A DNA stretch of 64,000 nucleotides from Dicyema japonicum (Eukaryota; Animalia; Dicyemida). Positions 27,490 to 39,648 of this stretch are shown piece after piece; the first letter of the stretch is position 1, and each line of letters starts with the position of its first letter. Location: NCBI GenBank assembly GCA_011109175.1, contig RDEW01000075.1, positions 62,001 to 126,000 of the forward strand, read 5' to 3'. Below the pieces are notes generated by a model, which saw nothing but the letters and a program-made list of their open reading frames with translations, was not told the origin of the DNA and searched no databases. Position numbers and translations under genes: made by a program.

Positions 27490-27650
27490 ACAGTTAGCAA
27501 CTGCTGGTTGCTCTCATAATTAAGAACGCATTTCCTCTGACAGTTGCAAGGAAATGCGCTCAATGAGCCTGCTCCTTTTTCTCCGTTCAATCTTCCTCCT
27601 CGCGATGAGCGAAACCGATTCTGTTTAGCAGGATCAGATTCTTTTTAATT
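27490..27650 (-). mobile_element. CRE-like 3' tip
   Basis: LIERISL..VRGNAFLIMRA, similar to 59880-59965. Confidence 0.65.
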
Positions 27651-27899
27651 AAAGTTAATTATATAGCTTGACCAACCTCTCATTTAGAATATTTCTTAGA
27701 TTAAGGTCATATTTAAAGACTTTTAAAACAAAATAATCTGTAAGAGTGCAATTTGCGCAAAACATCCCCGAGGTTTCTAATTATTCCATGGTTGGACCCA
27801 TTGTATTTAATCACGCTTAGCCTTACCAATTTCTATGTTAATAAAAAATTCATTTATTCACGTATCTTCTAGTTATCAATGTTCCCATTCTTCGTAGAA

Positions 27900-28830
27900 A
27901 ACCTATTTTAATCAGCACATTCTTCGTAGAAACCCTGATGTAAGAAACTTTATCAAAAATTTAAAAAACTCACCAGCCAAAGGGCTAGAAAGAATCTGAA
28001 TTCTCCATTTTAAGCACATAGGCCTATATGGCCTTAAAGCAATCACAGAAATAATTTCTGCCTCTATCAATAGCTGCAAATTTTAGCTTAATGGAAAAAT
28101 CAAAAATAATCCAGATTTTGATTCCAAAAAAGATACTTAAGATCTTTCCGGGCAATTTCAAATTTGTTGAACGTTTAGTACTCAAATTAATATACGGTAA
28201 CTTCCTTATTCAAATTCGCAGCATGTTTTTAGTTTTCAACTCTCAATATATACTCAATTCTCCACCCTTGCTCATTATATCGATGATGGTTTAAATAACT
28301 CCAATCCTCCTTAACGTACTATACTTGCACCAATTGACCTGGCTAAAGCATTTGACCAAACGTTACGAATGGTTCTTATTAACAAAATTCTTACGTCTCA
28401 AATTTCACATAGCCTCGATCGGTCCGAAATAATGTCTTGTTTGTCTCGTTTCCGATTCTTTCCAAACGGAATACCCCAAGGCTCCGTCATGTCCTCTGCT
28501 TTGTTCAATTTATATATTAGCGATCTTCCGTCCAAATAAAAAACACAGAATACTCTCTTATAAGGGACATCCGGGTAAAGTTATTTGTTTACAGTATGGG
28601 CACCAACCCTCTCTTAAAAAACTGAATGATGTAAATAATGTCAAAGTTCCTTTTACCATCTCTCTGAATTGACAGCAAATCCTTTTTTTGTTTGTCCTGA
28701 AGTAGTATGCTGTTCGTTTATAAAGTCAAATGTGACTGATCTATGGGAGTGTCCGCCATTTGCTACGTCCTACGAAATAGTTGGTCTCCTACAAGTTTGT
28801 GAAGCCTGAGTTACTTAACTAATAGCAGTA
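27900..28830 (+). mobile_element. Deleted Vingi-like copy related to 4000-5960
   Basis: DLAKAFD, GIPQGSV, TDLWECP; similar 3' end. Confidence 0.7.
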
Positions 28831-29632
28831 ACCGAGGTTTGGTCCTTAATATGACTAGAATGTAGGCCTTCTAAACCACACTGTTGATTTCTGGAAATTA
28901 TGATATTTTATAGCACCGATGTTAGTGGCCAAATGTGGAACGTTAATCCCAATTTTTTCGCATAGATCTACTGGGGAAGGTTAGTGTTTTAGAGTCTTTC
29001 TTGTTCGTGGGTCGAAATTTTTCCGAAGAGTGTACTTTGCCAAACGTCTCTTACCATGATCTTATTTTTCACTTCTGGGTGATGAGAGTTAATAATCAAC
29101 GTTCGAAAGACTTCCAAGTGTAGTTGCCAAGTTAAGGCATTTCTATTGATGATTGATTAGATTTTTTCATTCAGTTCAATAGATTGTGATCGTAGACAAA
29201 AATTAGATTAGAAAGACGTGATCTTGAGATCCGAAGTGGGATTACCTTCTCAGACACGATTCATGTTTTATAAGTTAAAGATAGGTCTTGAAGGGGACTC
29301 CTTCCAGTCGTAATTACTAAAGCAGGGATTGTGCAGTCCTTCGTGTTAGCTCGTAGCAATCGAAGTCTCGGAAATTTGAACAACGAGTGCATTGAATACC
29401 GATTTTTCTTATTTGCTTTGCCACAGATTAGACAGGGAAAATATTTCGAGGAATAAGAGCTCTTTAATCCGCTTTAAGTACAATATTATTCTCTATGTGA
29501 TTAGGTTCCAATATTTTTATTCTTAAAATTAGGCAAACTAAACCCACTTAACCCCATGATTTCAAAATTCAAAAAAGGATTGAAGATAGTTTTTTTCCTA
29601 TTTGATCTAGTGCTTTAACTACTTAGTATGTA

Positions 29633-32600
29633 CAGTAGGACCCCGCCCCAATCAAACCCCGGCCCTGGGGCACCCTCTAAATTTGGGGCACCCTCTGTAT
29701 TTGGTGCGATTTTTTAAATAAATATAATTATAAATGATCTTTTACATTTTTTCACATTTTTCGTTCAATAAATTCAAAATAAAAACCCCGCTTTTTGGGG
29801 CACTTTCTATATAGAAAATTTAAAAATCTATTATTTAATTTTTATCTTTAATTTATTAATTTTCAAATAATTGTCAGCATTGCCTGCGAAGCATGCTCTG
29901 ATCCTGCTTTGGTTGAGGTGGTGATCCCTCTATAGCACATATGTCTTTCTCACGTCTAATATCTAACTGCCCTTTTTCTGTGGTACCCTGAATGTAAGAG
30001 GACTCAATCCAACATACAAGAAGCTTCAGCTGTCACGTGATTTGGATCACTATAAGGTATCAGTATGCTGCCTACAGGAAACAAAAATAACTGACAACAC
30101 ATGCATGCGGGTGGGAAATTATCATTTGATTACCCTTCCAACAACGTGTCGTCACTATGGACTTGGATTTGCTATTCATCACACATTGTATAGTCGTATA
30201 TCTCGGATGTGGGTCGTTACAGACAGGATTGCGGTACTGCAAATCCGGTGGGGAAGCAAACCAAACTCTACAGTGACAATCATCAACATATACGCCCTAC
30301 TGGAATCAGGGCATCTGCCAATCCAGAAGAACTAGACGAATTCTACTCCGCCTTCATAAGGGTTTACAACACTCTCAGTTCTTCATATTTTTGCTTAATT
30401 GCCGGGGACTGGAATGCCAAAGCAGGAAAAGCCAGATCTGGAGAAACTTGTATCGGATCTCATGGAAGAAATCGGCGAAACACGCCCGGAATGGCATTAA
30501 TCCACTTTTGCACTTCCTTGGATCTGTTTTTGTGCAATACGGCATTCCGTCACCCAGCGAGACACAAGACGACGTGGACTGGAACTAGGAAGGATTTGCA
30601 AGGAAATTACATAAAAATATATAATCAAATTGACTACATACTATGCAGACGAGGTCACAAACATCTCCTCGTAGACTCCAGGTCATATGGAGGATTAGAG
30701 ACAAATAGTGATCATAAAATTGTGGTTACTCGCATTGGACTATACAAAGTCCATAACCAAATGAAAACACCTTCCAATAAAAAGCAGGAGCAATATGATA
30801 TCCAATTATTACATGACAAGTCAACTCAACAGAAATATGCGTATCAACTAAATCTTGAACTTAATGATATCGACGAAACTAAACCTGTTCATATTATTTG
30901 GGACAAAGTCGATAAAAGGTACAGCATGTGATGTGTTGGGAAGTATTACAAAACCCCGTAAATTTTACAATCATGATATTTGCGTCCTATCAGAAAACCA
31001 GAAAGCCTTGAGATTGAAGATAGAAAACTCAAGGTCTCCAGAAAAGGCCAAGGAACTTCGGCAACAACGAAACCGAACATTATTAAAAATCAAGCAAACT
31101 CAGAAATCCCTAACGGCTAAAGAAATAGAAAAACAAATTGAAGACATTGAAAAATATAAAGATGGAGTGAAAATGTTCAAAGCTATTCAATTAATTAATA
31201 AGAAAAAGAGTGCAAGCCCCATAATAATCAATGACATCCTTGGCAGAATAATTATCGATGAAAAGGACAAAGCAGCTACTATATCTGCTTATTACTATCA
31301 TATGCTCAACTGGGACAACGAAATAGGCTATAAATTTGGTGCACAAGTCAAGCATGGTTTGGACATCCCAATAAACACACAAGAAACACTGGATGCAATT
31401 AAAAAATTGAAAAATGACAGATCGGCAGGACCAGAGAATATCCCAGCCGAACTTATAAAGTATGCCCCAGTGAAGTTGGTAACAATCATTACCAATATAC
31501 TCAACAAAATATTTGAAGAAAACACTACGTTAGACATTGGCAAGGGTTGGTTAATTCCACTGCAAAAACCGGGAAAACCCAAAGGGCCCCTTTCCAACCT
31601 AAGACCAATCATCCTACTAACTACGCTGCGAAAAATCTTGTCAATATTACATTGGAAAGAATCAAAGACAAGGTGGAGTATTTTCTGTCACCAGGACAAA
31701 GTGGTTTCCGGTCAGGCAGATCCACTGCCGATGTCATTTGGACACACAGATGGTCAAGTGCTCTATGCCAAAAATATAAAAAGTGCATAGATGTTCTCGG
31801 AATAGACATGTCCAGAGCGTTTGACTCGGTTCATAGAGGCAAACTTCTTGAAGTACTCACAAGCTTCCTAACAACGGATGATGTCAAAATTATACAAAAA
31901 CTACTGCAGAATACGCAACTAGCAACCAAACTCGGAAAAACTACTTCAGAATTCTTTTATACTTCACGTGGAATTCCGCAAGGAGACTCTTTGTCACCAG
32001 TTCTATTCATAATCTACCTGGAGGCTGCACTGAGAGATTTCAGGCCTTTAATTGAGAACAACAAAATAATCGAGTTAATATATGCAGACGATCTTGACTT
32101 TGTTTCTGAAGATGTTGAAATTCTTCATCACGTTCTCAAGAACTTACCAAATGCCTTTTCTAAATGGTTCTTAGTTGTCAACCAAGACAAAACTGAATAT
32201 ACAAAACTTGTACGAGTTGTACGCACTTACGATGAATCATGGAGAAGGCATAAAAAAGTTGGTTCACTACTTGGAGACTCAGAAGATGTTACCCACAGAA
32301 AAATCCTTTCCACTGCTGCATATAAAAAATTCTTAACTATCTGGCGTTCTAAGAAGAGCATAACTACGAATACAAAGCTAAAATTGTATAAAACATTCGT
32401 GGTTCCAGTCCTGACATACAACTGTGGGACATGGGGGATTACGAAACGGGAAATGGACAATCTGGATCAATTTCATAGAAATCAACTAAGAAACATCTTG
32501 AGAATACATTTCCCGAAAAAGATATCAAATTCAGAACTGTACAAAAGATGTGGCTTAAGGCCATTATCAGAGGAGATTCTCAAGGCTAGGTGGAGACTTT

Positions 32601-34454
32601 TTGGTCACATCTTACGAATGGATATGTTGACTCCACCAAACATTGCAATGGAGAACTATTTCGCACAACTGAAGGGATCATTCCGTGGCAGGCCTAGAGT
32701 GACGTTGCCTTCAGTACTAAATGATGACCTAATCCGAATAAACAAAACTCTACGAAATGGTGAAGATCTTGACTCACAACGAGCAATGGCCCGGAACAGG
32801 GGAACATGGAAGAGTATGTGTGGGAGGATACTGGACGTGGCACAAGGGGAACTTAATTAATCTAATTAATTTTTGATTTCCCGTGAGTGCTTAAAAAATG
32901 CCTGCGAAGCTTAGTCGTCATTTGAAACAAACAGATTTTCGATTCTTTAATAAATCAAAATATGTCAGAAAAAAAATTTTGTCGATTATACAAGATTGGA
33001 AAAGTAACTGTTTCTCGAATTAAAAAAGAAATTGGAAAGGAAAATATTTCGTTAAACAAAGAAGTATTTTGAGGAAGTTTCATGCAAGAAGTTTGAATTC
33101 GACCTTTCTATTCAAATTGATCGACTAGTATTCGAAGTCTTCAACAATTTGAGAAAGGATGGGATTTCAGTATCTGGATGTCTCGTCAAAATATTGCTGC
33201 CAAATTTGAGTTTAATGATTTCAAGGCATCAAATGGATGGATCGATTTAAAAAGCGACATGAATTACTATTCAAAGTATTTTCGGGTGAAAAAAACTCAT
33301 CCGACAAAAAAAACTTAAAGAGTTTTTTTTAACAATTACGACAGTTTATTTGAGGAATACGATAAAAAAGATATTTTTAACTGCGACGAAACTTCTCTTT
33401 TTATTAAAAAAAATTCATGTAGATCATTTGTATCTTCAAATGATGATTGTTTTGGTAAAACGAAAAGTAAAGAACGAGTTTCAGTTCTTTTATGCTGCAG
33501 CCGTGAAAGTGAGAAATTAAAACCCCTTGTTATCGGGAAATTCAAATCCCCAAGATGCTTAAAAAACATAAATACAGAAGATTATGGGGTATATTGTTTT
33601 GGGTAATTTTAGGTTCTATATACAGCTTCAAAAAATGCATGGCTATAAAAAATAAACTTCGAAATGGTTCAAAAAAACAGGAAAATTTTGATTATCATGG
33701 ATAATTCACGTTGTCACAAATGTCAGGAATATTCAAACTTATCATTTCTTAACTTCCTAAAAACACAACAGCACTTCTTCACCCTTTAGATATGGGGATC
33801 ATAAACTCATTCAAATCATGTTATAAGAATGTTCTTTATGAAATGATATGTCTTGACGATGCTAATGAATACTATGATGCCCTGTTGAAGATCAATATGA
33901 GACAAGTAGTCGCATTTGTGGGAGAAGCATGGACTCGTGTAACAAAAACTACAATATTGAATTGTTGGAAAAAGATAAATGAGCAAAGAACATTTGTCCA
34001 TGAAACAAATTCAAAAAAAGAATCCGAATTAATTGATGAACATATTTCAGATTTAACAGAACTTGAAATAAATGGAATAGAAGACAATGAGGCTTTGTAT
34101 AATGGAAATAATGAGATGGATGGGCTATATTTAAAAGATACAATAAAAATTATGAATAATCTTGAATCTTCATTATTTAACATTTGTCCTGAAGGGCTTA
34201 AAGAATACTATGAATTTAGGATTAAAATTTCAAAAATGCTAAGAAACAAATATTCCATTAGGAACAAAATAACTGATTATTTTTCATAAATAAATTGATT
34301 CCTTTTTGCAATATGAAGCAAAACATTGTATTGTAAAAATAATTATTTAAAAATACGTAATAGAGAGGTTAAAATGTAATAATTTAGTATACTCTCTATA
34401 TTTGGGGCACCCTCTATATTTGGGGCACTTTTCTATTGGGGCGGGGTCCTACTG
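29633..34454 (+). mobile_element. pogo/Tigger DNA transposon with both TIRs, interrupted by an RTE
   Basis: Perfect 20-bp TIR CAGTAGGACCCCGCCCCAAT (29633-29652 and 34435-34454) flanked by TA. Transposase remnants at 32911-34289: FKASNGW, FNCDETSL, KERVSVL, PRC, IMDN..CH, HPLDMGII. Confidence 0.93.
29893..32898 (+). mobile_element. Full-length ~3.0 kb RTE-like LINE (APE-RT) with 12-bp TSD
   Basis: TSD TGCCTGCGAAGC at 29881-29892 and 32899-32910. APE: LNVRG, CLQET, GDWNAK, NQIDY, SDH. RT: QSGFR, DMSRAFDS, PQGD, YADD. About four frameshifts. Confidence 0.95.
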
Positions 34455-35282
34455 TATTGACTTTCATTGCAGTAAGTAGAGCCATTTTTATTGCAGTAAA
34501 ATTTGAGCATATAGCATTTAAAAACAGCATTGTAGCATTTATGAATCAAAAAAATACAGCATTTAAAAAACATTTAAAATTTTTTCATTATTTATAACAT
34601 TATTAACCAAAAAAATGGCAATTTTTTGTTATAGTTCATAATTATAAAGTTTTTCACATTAGTTTCTTTGAAATTTCTGTTTTTTTTAATTAAAATTAAA
34701 AAAATACTTAATCAATTTTCGATATATGTCAGTAAACTATCACTTTCCTGGTTTAGACGACATCTATATTATACTTTCTTTAAAGTGACTAATCAACTAA
34801 CTCAGCGTTTTATTTAACTATAAAATATTATTTATTAACTATGGGAAAAGTGGCTGCTAACATTACGGAATAAGAGTTTCCGCGGACAACTGCAATCCCA
34901 ATTCGATGCCTCAGTCAGACCGCTTCCCGTACGTCTTTCTTATGGTGGGCCAATTTCCCCCGATTCCTTTAGGAAAGAGACTGTATTAGCATAAAGTATA
35001 GAAAGTTTCTCCATGATGATACTAATCAACTAAACATAAAAGTACTACATGTTCCATAAAATTATTCAAATTTTCATAAACCTATTCTTTATCACACCTT
35101 AACTATAAACAGATATAGTCTGTGTGGACATTCTTGTTGACTAAAAATTTTTAAAGAACTCTGATAATCCTATACAAAATACGTATCAAAACAGGCGGGG
35201 CTAAATCCCCACAATGTCTAATTTAAAGGATTTAGTGTTTTTTTAAGTTTATAAGATTATTAAAGAGGTTAGTTTAAACGAA

Positions 35283-37009
35283 TCAGTTCAAATTGTTTGA
35301 ACTGATTCGAAAAAAATGACCCGGTGGGAATTGTATGATCACTGCAACAAATGTGAGGACTCCCCCAGTTGTTGTAAAAATAGTAAATAAATACTCAACA
35401 ACTCTGTATTTGCTCTGAAGTTTGATGAAAAATCCGAAAATCCAGCCCAACCCTTTGATAAATATTAATTGTACCCAAAAGAAGTCCTGTGCATAAAATG
35501 AGTTTATTTTCCATTTTTAAAGTGCTAGTAGTGCGCTTTAAACTGACACAAAGGATTATGAAAAAAGCATAATTTGCAGTCACAATGATTCCAATCGGAG
35601 CATAAAGGCAGGTATGAAGAATGATTCCTTTCAACCAACAACTAAAATAAAGATTTAAGACTACTAATTGTTCCTGGAATAAAATTTTCGATTAGTCCCA
35701 AGCAGTATGGCTATTAAAATGGCAGGAAAGACTACAAATAAGTAAAATCAAACTCCAGCAACTCAAAATAATTTTGATGTAAAACGATTTTGGTTTACAA
35801 TTGAGGATGTTTACGAATTTGTCATAATGAAACCCTGCAAGTGTAAGCATTATCAAAAATTGTGCGAGAATTGAAAAATGGAAAAGTCCCCCCAAATCGA
35901 GCAGAGTAACTCATATTTCAATGCCAATTCAAAAAATAAAAATATTGAATTGGTTATGAAAATTGCAAACGCCAAATTCAAAATGAGGAATTGCAAAATG
36001 GACTTTTTACAAAATCTGCTAATAAGAAATTGAAGAAAAACTTATAATTCACGAAATAAATAATTTTAAGAGCCAAAACTGCTATAATGGACAAACCCAA
36101 GCCGATTTTTGTAATAACATATGTCCCTAAGTCGAATCCAATTTCACTATCCTAAAATCTGAATTACAAATCAACAAAAATGATCGCAAAAGAACCCATT
36201 CGCGGATAACTGCAAGTTATTGATCCCCTATTCTCATTGATTGAATAGCCCGTATGAGTTTTCCATTCACCATTTTCTAGAGAACCACATTTTTTGTTTT
36301 TCGCTATATCTCCAGGCATTAACTTTTATGAAAAATATGAATAACCGTAAAACTAATATTCAATACTGAATTTTGGTTGATGTTCCTTGCTTGAGCTGTT
36401 ATGATCTGAGAACTTTGTTGACCTATTTGATTGAAATTCTGATAAATAATGTTAAACGTTATATTAGCTTCTGAAATTAACTTGAACCAAATAACTTTTA
36501 GTATTGTCTTCTCCAGCCAATTCAATGTTATTTTTTTGATGCCCGAAGTAACCTGGGAATGCCATCATGCTACAGAAACTTTTATGATCGGATTCAATGA
36601 CAGATCCAGTGCAAACAGTTTTTCTAGGATTTACGAAGCACTCATTTTGTATGCCATTAAAGTGAAAGTCTCTGAAAAGGTTAATAAATCTTTAATAATC
36701 CAAAAATACACATTTCCATTATTCCAACCTGGTCGGTTGAATTTTTGTATATTTTGTGATTTTCAATCGTTTCTTCAGCATAATTCAACAAATTGAATAA
36801 CTACAGAGATTTCCTTACGGTAAAACCTCAGTGCCGTTTGATGCTACTTTGAAAGCAGCTTGAAATTGTTTTCGAAGGTTGTCTAACTTTTTTAAAAAAT
36901 CTTTTTCGTTGTCAAAATGATCAAAATCTCTGATTATTCTTTTTAAACAATCTAAGCCTTGCACAGAAAACCAAAAGTTTAGAAAAATTAATTGAATAAA
37001 TATAACCAT
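35283..37009 (-). CDS. Adhesion-class GPCR (signal peptide, GAIN/GPS-like region, 7TM) with micro-introns
   Basis: Manual splice model: introns 36801-36826, 36471-36495, 36323-36345, 36152-36175, 36019-36041, 35732-35753, 35642-35664, 35453-35474, plus one uncertain ~40-nt intron near 36670-36712. Motifs TCSYPRMGSFAIIF, IGLGLSI, NLAFAI, LFHFSILAQF, CWIFP, YCWL, APIGIIVTAN, LLGLGWIFG, YLFTIF. One 1-nt frameshift at the C6 run 35888-35893. Start codon could be further upstream. Confidence 0.85.
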
Positions 37010-37199
37010 TAAATGTAATATTTTCCGTATGCGCTGCATTAATATATATTTTAAGATTTTACGAGAATTCATGACCTCTTTTTTAAATCCTAAATTGTCG
37101 ATTAATTTCAATTTTGTCTTGGCGAAGGAAAATTTGAATCTCTGTTTGAAATTAACAAAAAACTGATGATCTTATCCAAAAAAAGAAGAAAAAAATGGA

Positions 37200-38000
37200 A
37201 CGATTTATCTCTCACTCTTAATCCGTATTTTAACAATTGTGCATTCTGGAAAACCCTTAAAAAGATTCACTCAGGACTAACATATCACATGTCTCCTATT
37301 CTACTGGTTTTTCTAATCTCAAATCTGTGTCATCCTTCAAAATTATGCAAAAATCAGTCACTTTTCTAACTCTAAAGAACTCTGCTGTAAGAGACCGTGT
37401 GCTCAGAAATCAACAGACTATTTCATTATTCCACAATCTTTAATTACTCAACTTATTCCAACTTACGAAACTCGAATAAAAACGGACCTGACGGTCTTGT
37501 CATACATCATCTAAAAACTCTAGGTTGCTTTAACCAATTTAATCGAATACTCAATTTATCAAAAGATACTTAATTCTGAAAGAAATCCAAAATCATTCAT
37601 ATTTTGAAGCCTAACCACGACCATTCTGATCCTTCTTATCGTCTTATTTCCCTTTTGTCCGATGTTGATAGATGACTGACCTGGTAATTTTCGATGAAAA
37701 TGATAAGGAGCAGACTGTTACGTCCACATTGTGACCACAACGTAGGCTGGGCTAAGTGGACACGAACTTCCCGCAGTAAGGTAGCTTTGCTTCTGTTAAT
37801 AGTTGATAGAAAATGTCCCAAAAGCTTGTTGATACAGAGGCTTAAGTCGATATCCAGTCAAGGATTGTTTTTTGGCGTGATTAGGAGGGTTCTGTCTCTG
37901 GGATGGTCCAGTAGAATTCAAATTTGATCACTACGGGTAGAAATAATTCTTTTTTTTGTGAGACCCATAGGCATTGAGATAGATGTCCCACCGTTTACAT
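37200..38000. mobile_element. Vingi-like fragments (RT on +, APE on -)
   Basis: LKPNHDHSDPSYRLISLL on +; WSQCGRN and TLLITP on -. Confidence 0.55.
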
Positions 38001-38079
38001 TCGCTTTAATGAAATTTATTTTTTAAATCCATCAGCAATAAATTGAGTATTTTGACGTTATTCCCATACTCCCACGGAC

Positions 38080-38350
38080 ACCTTCTCAGGAGCCAGATTG
38101 CTGACGGCGACGCACTCTCCTGGAGACGCAGCCGACCAGGCGGAGGTCAGGAAGATCCATAAGTACGAATGTCTCGGAGACCATTACCATTTCGCCCTCC
38201 ATTGCTGTGGAGACAACTGGAACTGTAGGCGCGAAGACGGACGCCTTTTTCCACAGCATTGGAAGCAAACTCGCCTCAAAAAGGTGCGAGCCACGGGAGG
38301 GACTCTGGTTGAGGCAGAGGCTCGAAATGGCAATTATCAGATCCGAAATT
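38080..38350 (+). mobile_element. CRE-like 3' fragment
   Basis: AEVRKIHKY, VETTG, WLRQRLEMAIIR. Confidence 0.7.
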
Positions 38351-38519
38351 AACACGAAGGGTAAAAGACGTCCATACTTGCAGTTGTGGAAACCCCTCCA
38401 GTGGAGTGGGGCGGAATAAGAGTTCTTAAAACAAAATGTGAAGGATGCATGCCGATGAAAATTATATATGCAGATGACATAGATTTTGTGTCAGAAAATA
38501 ATAATAATAAATTTAGTTA

Positions 38520-39424
38520 AAAATATTTCTTTCTTTAGCAAAGACGCCTTTTCTTCGAGCAATTTAGTGTTTGGAGTTTTCCAACACACTCTAGATTATT
38601 CACAAATTTCGGTTTTGAACAATCCAGGTTACTTGTTCCGTCGTCCTGAGAGTCTTTGTCATCGATCCTCGTATAGATATTATTTATTTCCTTTTTTAGC
38701 TCCTGAGTTTTTTTGACAAAACCTGTCTTATTCTTGTATGAAACAATCATCGACTCAAAAGTTTTACGTATAACCAATGATTGAATATACGTATAGGTTC
38801 TTTCGCTTATGTCTAGAGATCTGGAATGTTCCCACGAATATGAGGTTACCAATCCATCCTAAGTCAGAACTATTGGGACAATCTTCAATCTCGCATGGTG
38901 TATTGATTCCAGTTCTTTCGATGAAAGATCATACTTTCTCAATTTTTTCGAATTCTACTTGTTGGAGATTTTGAGTCGATGTTATACCCACTTCAACCAA
39001 CAGTATTTGATTTTTCTTTTTGTCGTATTGATAAAAGTATTAACTTTTATCTCTACCGAATCATTCATCACTATTGTTTGCACTGAGTGAATTTTTAATC
39101 TTTTTTCGTTTTTGAGACCGTATTCTTTGCAAAAATAGAAGTGAAGGCACCGTACGACTTCATTGTGTCTTCTGACGTAATCTCCGTGAAACATTTTGCC
39201 ACATCTTGTAGCACAATGATCGACGGTTTTCCTCCATTTTTTACACAAGGTGCAAATCTTGTTCAGTTCTCCAAAGAAGAGATTTCTGTCCTGGACTAAA
39301 CAGAACGAGGCTTCCGATTTTGGAGAATTGTTCCCTTTTGCTAGCCACAGAGATGAAAACTCAGTGTTTACAAATTCTTCCGATAGGTTTTTATACACTT
39401 GCGAATGAAGACTTTTCTTACTTA
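38520..39424 (-). mobile_element. R4/Dong-like element, 3' half
   Basis: SKKSLHSQ, QDRNLFF, CTLC..DHCATRC, RHNEVV. Starts at TA 39423-39424. Confidence 0.85.
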
Positions 39425-39648
39425 CAGGGTTTTTCACTTCAAAGTGAAAACTTATTCACATCAATGTGAGAATCATTCACATCAAAGTGAGAATTATTCA
39501 CATCAAAGTGAGAATTATTTAAATTGACATTAAATAAATTTTAATCTTCGTAACTATAAATATTTAATCTTCGTAATTGTTAATGTCCCGAAATTTGTCT
39601 GATGAAAATAGGCGTTTTATTATTAATATGTATTCCAATGGATCCACA
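39425..39648 (+). mobile_element. Tc1-like DNA transposon, 5' end
   Basis: TA|CAGGGTTTTTCACTTCAAAGTG with 21-bp repeats; transposase start MSRNLSDENRRFIINMYSNGST. Confidence 0.78.

Noticed and set aside
27525-27620. Hairpin and GATGAGCGAAAC resembling a hammerhead ribozyme
   Set aside because: It lacks the CUGANGA core and stem II, and the minus strand encodes a CRE C-terminus.
35692-35694. In-frame TAA in the GPCR ORF suggesting stop-codon reassignment
   Set aside because: A 22-nt intron at 35732-35753 shifts the frame and gives a proper TM4 and YCWL, so the standard code is enough.
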